A DNA stretch of 64,000 nt from the human T2T-CHM13v2.0 reference genome, Homo sapiens, in NCBI RefSeq assembly GCF_009914755.1, contig NC_060926.1. One strand, given 5' to 3'. The notes under the pieces were generated by a model, which was not told the DNA's origin, searched no databases, and saw nothing but the letters and a program-made list of their open reading frames with translations. The translations under genes and the position numbers were made by a program. Of the stretch, positions 48,771-64,000 are shown in pieces; position 1 is the stretch's first letter, and the number at the start of each line of letters is the position of its first letter.

Positions 48771-49081
48771 TAACATTTGTTTTTTAAAATCAACTTGCTT
48801 TTCAATGTTATAACCTTTAAGAAAAAATATAAACACACCTAAACCTCCCAATGTTATCTATTATTTCCTTTTTCTGTTTTCCAGTTCATATCCGTCCAGA
48901 TTTTATAGAGTTCTAACACACTATTCTGTAGTTTATATTTTTACTTGTCATATCAGTTTTTCCATATTGCTTATTTATCTTTTTAACCATAATTTTAAAT
49001 GTCAAGTTAATGTATCATAAATTACTCCCCCAGTCTCCCTTGTTGAGCTGTTTCTAATTTTTCATGATTAATAGTAATGTT

Positions 49082-49474
<393 letters not shown>

Positions 49475-49714
49475 CTAGAACATTTTTCTGATCACTGATA
49501 CATACTGTCATATCACTTTCCCAAAGGATATTTTAATACTAATTTTAATGTTACTTGCCATGTGTCAGCCCTGGTTTCTGAAGTATTTGCTAATTTTCTG
49601 GGTATAGCATACGTCATTGTTCTAATTTGCATGCCTTTGGCTACTCACCAGGTAGATGTTTTTCCATGTCTGATCTCCTCCTAGGATAACTGCCTGTTGT
49701 CCTTTATTGATTGA

Positions 49715-49822
<108 letters not shown>

Positions 49823-51198
49823 TAAGTGTTCAAAGTTGTAATAACATAGGCTTCTCTGCTTTTATTTTGTTTGTATTTTTAATTGGTTTAGTTTGGTTTT
49901 TTTTCAGACAGGAATGGGAGTTCTCAGCTGACAGTATGCTCTAACAGCCAAAATTAAATGGTTGTCTAAGAAACAAAGATTCTTGAGGATGATTATATTG
50001 TGATGTGTTTCCTACCTAAATCATATTTATTTGGCTGGTTGGATAAAGAGTGAAGTTAACTCTAACCCTATGGGAACAGCTCTTTCCATTTGCCCAATCT
50101 GAGATCCACAGAGATGCCTAGAAAGCTGAAATCTATCACTTCAACCTGGGTTTGTCCCCTCAGCATTCAGTCAGCTCTGAGTAAAATAAATAATGCTGAT
50201 AATCTTAACACCAATATTAATAATAATTGCTAGCCCGTATTGAGTGCTTCCCATGTACTGTACTTACGCGCTTACTGTGAGCCCAGCCAGTCAGGCGTAG
50301 TGTTTTGACTTAAGCTACTTTGGTAGTGGCAGCTGGCGTGGCCTCTCTGCCTCCATCTGGAACCACAGCCTATTGTGACTTCCCAAAAACCTCGATGACT
50401 TGAGAACCTGCTGTCACCTGCCCAGGGATGTAAGGATTCCCTCCTAGGTCAAAAAGGTTTTGTGTTCCCCAGGAATAAAGGGGGAAAGGCACTTGGATGA
50501 ATGAGACAGCCACCAGAGGAACACCATTTTTAGAATTTTATACCTGATCTTTTCTCACAATGTATTTTAAATGCTTATGACAACCACCTCCACCAAAAAA
50601 CACAAAAATTTTTTTAAATCAGGAGAAAAAAACACAAACTTTTCACAAAAGTCATCATAGCCTTTGTGACTTAATTTCAGGCTTGACAGAGGGATTCCTG
50701 ACCTACAGATTTCTGAAAAAAAAAAAGAGCAAAACAATCAGGTTTGTGGTTCTCATTTGCAGCATACCTATTCCTCAGGGAAATTAAAGGTTTTCCAAGC
50801 ACTAAATTCTAAAGGAGACTTCTCGTATAGGCTTTTATAGAGTGACATTGAATGATTTAAAGTCTCATATATTTACAGGAAATTCCATTCACCTCATTCA
50901 ACAAATATTTCTCAAGTTTCTACAGTAAGGCCCCGTGCTAGCAGAGCACAGTAAAGAGAATACTCATTTAGCTAAAAAAAATAAAATAAAATGCCCAGAA
51001 CCAGACCTGGCACAGAGCAGGCACACAGTAACTGATATTGCTGCAATCCACGTGGCTGCTTTTCAGTGCCCTTTCTACCCAGAGGGCATAAGTCAGTTAT
51101 CCTCAGGGCAAACAGTGAGTGACAGCAATTCTACAATGGATAAAACCAACACAGCACATGACCTTTTAGTGGCTGAATTTGATCAAGGATAGAATTCA

Positions 51199-51572
<374 letters not shown>

Positions 51573-51788
51573 TCACTTTCTTTTTCCAGCTAATCCTTTG
51601 ATAGAAGAAATTTCAGTTAAATAATTCTGTGCCATTCAATTAAAAGCATAAATATGCAACCCCAAAGAGCAAACAATTTATCCCACTCTCTAAATTTTAG
51701 GATTTATTCTGAGGAAATCCCTAAAGTGAAGACCAATCTTTCTCATCTTCCTTACCATGGGATGTGCAGAAGAAAAAGAGTTGACTAA

Positions 51789-52091
<303 letters not shown>

Positions 52092-52169
52092 TAAAAGCTT
52101 GGTCCAAAAGCCCTACTTGGATCTCATCAAGGATACCATGTACAGTTGTATAGATTGCTCACTATATGA

Positions 52170-52583
<414 letters not shown>

Positions 52584-53129
52584 CCCATTTCTAATTCCTA
52601 CAAAGGTACTGAGTGGGTAGTCATGACCCCACTCTGCCATCCTCTCTTAGGAGGAACCACTGTGTTATTCTAGCCCATGGGGAAAGGTGAAGACTGACAT
52701 AGTTGTGGTCATCTGCCTGAGGTTTCCTGAAAGTTAGCAAATCATTCTGCAGTGAATAAAGCTGGCTTTGATTTAGAATAGTTAACCATTAATCATGGCA
52801 ACACCAATCTATCAAAGGTGAAAACTCTTTCCCTTTGATCCAGCTCTGTGAATCATGATTTAGAATCTAAGAAAGGAGGCAGACCATAAGTGTTTTTTCT
52901 TCCTCTTTCCTCTTATGAAATTATTTCTAGCAGTTTTACATCAAAGGCTGAACCTCTGAGTCTCCCCATCGGCTCTGCATTCTCTAAGATTCACTCTTCT
53001 GCTTTACCTGGAACCCACACAAATTCCATTCTAAGCCAGTGTGTCACCTTGTTCAACATAATCTTCTTTGATGGATTTTTTCATTTCCTATACATATTAT
53101 GGTCCCCTTCCTTGATTTTTCACCTTTAG

Positions 53130-53312
<183 letters not shown>

Positions 53313-54269
53313 TAATTAGCATGGATCCTACCGGACAAACTCTCTGTTTTGAGACTTCTTGACTACTACAGCCAAGATGGTGTTGCAGCCTTATGTCATA
53401 TCAGTATCTTAATAGACAGAGATACAGGAAAACGGGGAGCCTAGAGGCCTGTGATCACCAAGAAAGGAAATTATAATAATAAGAGCACCTATTTACTGAA
53501 TACCTACTCTTATTTATTAGGACTCTGTATATGTGATCTCATTAAATCCTCACAACATCTCCATGAAGGAAGTGTTATTATTATATTCATGTAGCAACTG
53601 AGGCTGAGCAAGGTTGGGTGACTTACATAATATCAAGTAGATCAGACAGTAAAGTGGTAGACCCAGGGCTTGTCCTTTCCTATTTGACTCCCAGCAGATT
53701 CTATTGCCACTGCCTCCATAAAATAATAACTATATCACATAATCAGAGTATTGGGTAGTGAGAGCATTTGGGAAGGGGAAGGATGCCACAAGTGTTGAAT
53801 GATCCTCCAAGCTACGGTTTCTGTCTTGGTTCCCTATGTTGAGCCTGACCAGGAACTCGGATTCCTTTGCTTCTGAACACTTTCTTTAGCCTAAAACTTA
53901 CACCCATCCTTTACTGCCCACATGATTCAGAAGACCCTCCAAACAAATCCAGTGCTGCTAGAAAGGACAACAATGGATACACTCCCGAGTGAAACCTATT
54001 TTTGACATTTGCTTGTTCATCTCTTGCTGAATTTACATTTTTGTAGCCCATGACTTGGGTAGCATTGGTGGAATTAGGCAAAGGAAATACTTGTGGTGCC
54101 CCTACCAAAGGTGAAGCGAAGGAAGGGTCCTTAGAGTACGGAAGGCTGAACTTTGCCAGGTTACAAAGCTGCAACCTCAAGCCAGACTCTCAAGGTATGA
54201 CTTTCCAGCTGTGTGTACAAGCCTACCCTCCGGACGGTCCTGCCCCCACCATAAGTCAGAGTGAAATAG

Positions 54270-54567
<298 letters not shown>

Positions 54568-54787
54568 GAAATAGAACTTATTTAATAGCAAGACTGCTGA
54601 ATGTCAGTTGATCCAAAGAGGATAAGGTAGTTTCTCAAACGGTGGTGTGTGAACTACTCTTCCCAAAACACTTGGGGTGTTTGTTACAATGCAGATTCCC
54701 ACTGAACCAGATTCTGGGGCTGGGGCTTAGGAATCTGCACCCCAGGTGATTCCATTGCATGCTAACTTTTAAAAGTTACTAAAAAGG

Positions 54788-55076
54788 GGCCAGGCACGGT
54801 GGCGCACACCTGTAATCCCATCACTTTGGGAGGCTGAGGTGGGTGGATTGCTTGAGCTCAGGGATTTGAGACTAGCCTGGGCAACATGGCAAAACCCTGT
54901 TTCTACAAAAAATACAAAAATTAGCCAGACATGGTGGTGTGCCTGCAGTCCCAGCTACTCAGGAAGCCGAGGTGGGAGGATCACAAGCCCAGGAGTTCGA
55001 GGCTGCAGTGAGCCATGATCGTGCCACTGCTCTCCAGCTTGGGTGACAGAGCAAGACCCTGTCTCAAAAAAAAAAA
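54788..55076 (+). mobile_element. AluJ-like
   Basis: Dimeric Alu; TSD aaaagttactaaaaagg; ends ~75 bp before exon 55152. Confidence 0.93.
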
Positions 55077-55114
55077 GTTACTAAAAAGGATGTATAGTGA
55101 TCACATTAAGTTAA

Positions 55115-55618
<504 letters not shown>

Positions 55619-55974
55619 TGACCCTAGTAAGAAGCCAGACCTGATCAAAGATGCAGGGGTAGCAAAGCCCCTCTGAAGTGGTGATGCATTCTGTGAGGCC
55701 CCCACATTGCCAGGGCAAGTATCCACCCTTTAAAGAATAGGAAATGATCACAGCACCCATCTCTGAGAGGTGCAGGACTCATGGTTACAGGGAAAGGTGG
55801 GTACTGGCTGTCAGAGCTGAGCATATTTCCTTGACTCAGGCTAGGGCTCATCTATTACTTGCCTTCCAAAGGCTGTGGAAATTCCTACTTTCCTAATCTG
55901 CGTTTCTGCGGTATGCAGCTGGAATAGAGAGAGGCAGCCTGTACACATATACCTGCTTTTACAAGATGCTTTTG

Positions 55975-56307
<333 letters not shown>

Positions 56308-56375
56308 CTAATGTGGAGGTCTGAAGAGAAAAACTGAGTGTAAGGAAAAATTACCCTTGAAAATTGCTGCAATTC

Positions 56376-56560
56376 GGCCGGATGCAGTGGCGCATGCCTG
56401 TAAACCCAGCACTTTGGGAGGCCAAGGCAGGAGCATTGCTTGAGATCAGGAGTTTGAGGCTGCAGTGAGCTATGATTATGCCACTACACTCCAGCCTGAG
56501 CAACAGAACAAGACTCTATCTATCTCTAACCAAAAAAAAAAGAAAAAAAAGAAAAAAGAA
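56376..56560 (+). mobile_element. Single-monomer Alu (left-arm start joined to right-arm end)
   Basis: ccagcactttgggaggccaagg...gagatcaggagtttgaggctgcagtgagc...A tail. Confidence 0.8.
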
Positions 56561-57427
56561 AATCCCTGCAACTAACTAAAAAAGAATACCATATAGATGC
56601 ATCATCTGTCAGTAAGACCAAAACGGCCAATCTTTCCTCTGCTGTTGGAATAAATTACTATTTCTTCCCCTGAGACTAAGGTACTGAACTTCATTTTGAC
56701 ATCTTATACAAAAAAATTAAAAAGTAGCTTTAAACACTACAAATGCACACACAGCTAAGCCACTACAATTAAACTCACATATGTTACATTAACCTTTACC
56801 ACACTTGTGAGCCAGGTATGATTAGCCCCATTTTACAGATCCAGAAATAGAAACTAGAAAGAGTTAAATGCAGGTTGCCAGAAATTGCACAACCATTGAG
56901 TGGTAGAGCCAAGACTTAAGCTTAGGTCCTTTGACTCCAACTTCAGGACTCTTGTCACCATTTTAAATTATTATCTATTTACTTATTTTATGGCTCATGG
57001 TCTTCCAAAAAGGATTCCAGGAAGATTCTCCTTTATAGTTCTCAGTCCCTCCCAGCTTCCTGGATCACACAATTCGGCTCTGCACAACAGATGAAAATTT
57101 TAACCTATGGGCCGAACTTTTCTGAACCTGCGGGATCATCAGCATTTCTTAGATTTATTGTCAATCCATAGTACTATGCTGCCTCTGCAAAGACTAAAAA
57201 GCAAGGAGCTTTTTCTCTGAGTTGGATACACAGAGTTCCTGGAAGGCTTGCCTCTCAAGGTTCCCTTCATAGGCATATTTCTGAGGAAGAGGCACTAGGG
57301 AGAAAAAGAAAGCTATGACAACCTTCCTATAAACTGAAAGAACAACCTTCCATTGGAAAGGTGAGTTTCTGTGGGATTAAATGTGAATCTGACCCATCTA
57401 TACCTAAGATTGCCCCTGGTAAAATAG

Positions 57428-57893
<466 letters not shown>

Positions 57894-58278
57894 ACAAGTA
57901 ATTTTTGAAAGCTCCTTGGGTGATTCTAAAGTGCAGCCATGGTTGAGAACTCTAGAACCTACCATGTACTGGACATTATGTTGGCACTTTCATTATTTCA
58001 GCTAATCCTGGCAACAGTACCATGAGGAAGACAATATCGGGATGTTTAAGTTGTGATCCCTAAATCCCAAAGCAAGTAAGAGAGAGAGTTGAATCCAGGT
58101 CAATCAGACCCAAAAGTCCAAGCTGGTGGTGGCTGAGTCTATGCAGCTGTGGGCAAAGTGTGGAGTCTGTTTTATGATTCCATCTTTGATTAGAGACAAC
58201 ACTGTCTGGGGTGGAGAAGGGCTCACTGCTGAGACAGACCCATCTGTTTATTGCACTGAGAACACTCTGGTTTCTTAG

Positions 58279-58482
<204 letters not shown>

Positions 58483-59048
58483 TAGGTCGGGCAAGCCAAA
58501 GAGACTACAGCCATGTTAGGAAGCAGAAGAAAAAGACAGTGGTTGACCTCCCCTAGGGGCAATGTTTGGTTCTGAGGCTCATGCCCTGAAGTTAAAATAG
58601 CATGTGTCATTTTTCTCTATCCTCAGTTTTCCTAGGAACAACACTCACCAGAGATAAACTGTAGCGTCTCAACCATGTGCATTGGTACACTCTGCTGAAT
58701 GTCACTCTCTTTCAAGTTTAGAACCCCATGTGAGGGTTACTCACATTGATGACCCTGAGATCTTCTTGGGAAGGCTCTGAGATTCAGTCCAGAAAACACT
58801 TGTCAAGCCCCTGCACTTTGTGGTCTGCACTGTGCTAGGCCCTTTCACAGGCCTCAACTGCAATTTAATCTTCACAATCCTGTGAGGCAAGAGTTTTGAA
58901 ATCCATAAGCATGAAAAATGAACTTAAGACCCCTGCTGCAGAGCACAGAGCTGTGTACTGAAACTTCTAGGCTTCTGGTTTCAAGCCCGCTGGGCTCTTT
59001 GCTCTTCAATCCTGGCTTCCCTTGGAAAACTGAGTCTCCTGGGAATAG

Positions 59049-59429
<381 letters not shown>

Positions 59430-59735
59430 TAGGCCTTAGTGTGTTAAGCACTCTAAATAATATAAACTATTTTTTCAAAGTGATTATGTATGACTATAAT
59501 TTGTTAATATAGATTTAAATAAGAAAGTAATGACTTGCTTGTGGAAATGACTCCAGAGTCCCGTTCTCAATCCAACAGTCTCCTGAACTGGGATCCTGCC
59601 CTTCCCTTTGCCCTTTCGGCATTGCTCAAGAGCTACCTAAATTGGAGACACAGCCCTACTCTTTGCTTCCTTCCCGAGCAGATGGAAACAGCCACAAACA
59701 TCTGGATAGCTTCAGGGCAGACTTTCAGGTGCTGA

Positions 59736-60091
<356 letters not shown>

Positions 60092-60099
60092 AATTATTA

Positions 60100-61090
<991 letters not shown>

Positions 61091-61113
61091 CCTCACCTTT
61101 GAGGAAGAGATAG

Positions 61114-61656
<543 letters not shown>

Positions 61657-61806
61657 TTAGTAAATTAATCCCCAAGGTACTCCCCAGAGAGGATCTGGCA
61701 GCCTGCTAGCAGGTCAACTGCAAAATTTCTCACGGGGAGTCCTTCAGAATCACAGATTTGAGAGTTGGATCCGAAAATTGTTTTCCCTAAAAATGATCCC
61801 TGCTGA

Positions 61807-62079
<273 letters not shown>

Positions 62080-62609
62080 TAGGGGGATGGTTCAAGGGCT
62101 TCACTGTCCAGTGCTAGTGCTAGCTTTGCACTGCCTTTAGACAAGAAAAGTCCCCCCACCCCCAGCATGGCTTGGAAGACTGAAAGGCATAGAGGGATTC
62201 TTTTGCTGCAAATGTCAAGGATTCCTTTGTAGCTTAATGAAGTTGTAATGAATCTACAAGGGAGTTTGGAGATATCTACGTCAACCCCCTAGTTTATAGA
62301 TGAAAAAAGCAAGTCCCAAAGAGGGAAAGGATCTTGATCACAGACAAACAGTGACTTAGGGACAATGCCAAGACCAGATCTAAGACTCCCTGATTTCGAA
62401 CCCACTGCCTGCCTTGATATCTACTGAGTGCCTGTTATGTGCCAAACACTGTTCTAGACACTAGGAATTCAGGAGTAAGCAAGACAGAGAAGGTCTCTCT
62501 TCCCATCATATTTACATTCTAGGGGTGGGAATGGAGACAGACTCTAAACAAATATTTTTTAAAGCTAGCAATAAATGCTATGCAGAAAAAATTTAACGAT
62601 GTGATAGGA

Positions 62610-63267
<658 letters not shown>

Positions 63268-64000
63268 CTAACCAGGGCAAGACCTCTCAAAAGAGGTGTC
63301 ATATATGGTGAAACTTGAATAACAAAGAGCCACATAAACATCTGAGAGAAAAATATTCCAGCAAGTAAACAGTAAATACAAAGGTCTGAAGAAAGAAATG
63401 AGACTGGCATGTTGGAAGAATAAAAGACAGTATGGATGGAATGAAGTGGACAAAGGGCAAAGAATACTTCCAGATGAAGTTAGGGATGTGGCCCCAAGAC
63501 CAGATCTAACATGAGGGCCTTGTTAGAAGAAAAAGCACAGAATCAAAGTTATCCAGGGCCAGGGGAATTTTCCCCCTTTATTCTCCTACACTAGTGATTA
63601 TCATTGCATCTTTCTGATAATAAAAACTGAGGTATGTATTTCAATTGACTTTTTAAAAGCTAGGTCCTCTATAGTTGCTACATCATGAACTTCCCTTCCT
63701 TAGTGAAAGCAACTAATAATCGTCCCTCTTTAGAACCACCAAAGTTGAAGGGTAAAGAGGCACAACCCCGAAAACCGTGTGATTCCAACGTTAACTGTAA
63801 ATACTTTTCCCCTTGATATTTGTCCACAACTTAAGCTGAATCTAAGATGATAAATACTCTTTAGGGGACCAAAAAGAGAAGGCAGCCAGTGCAACTCAAT
63901 ATCAAGTTTGTCTACTAACCTTGAGTTCTTCCTTCTCTGGACCTTCCTCAGCTGTTAGGTGAATTACAAAATGGATCATTAGGAAAGCCCTGACTCCATT

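Overview
Human (primate) genomic DNA, Alu-dense (roughly 55 Alu copies or fragments), with no prokaryotic features. The window lies inside one + strand protein-coding gene. Ten internal exons (3418-62051, 1576 nt) have canonical AG/GT boundaries and splice into one open frame; I recognise the peptide as the middle and C-terminal part of KIAA2012. Its start and stop codons lie outside the window. One intron holds a disabled processed PSMA2 pseudogene with target-site duplications (TSDs) and a nested Alu. Other repeats include an LTR12 solo LTR inserted in an Alu, LTR8, MLT1/MST, MER20, MER5, old L1M, L2, MIR and a tiny young L1PA insertion. The best lead is an intronic CpG island at ~36.3-36.55 kb with a CCAAT box, an in-frame ATG and a strong phase-1 donor. 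It could be an alternative first exon giving a short isoform that carries a ~199-residue Pro/Gly-free charged helix. I see no evidence for a wholly new biological system. Repeat boundaries are approximate, and subfamily names come from recalled consensus sequences, not a search.
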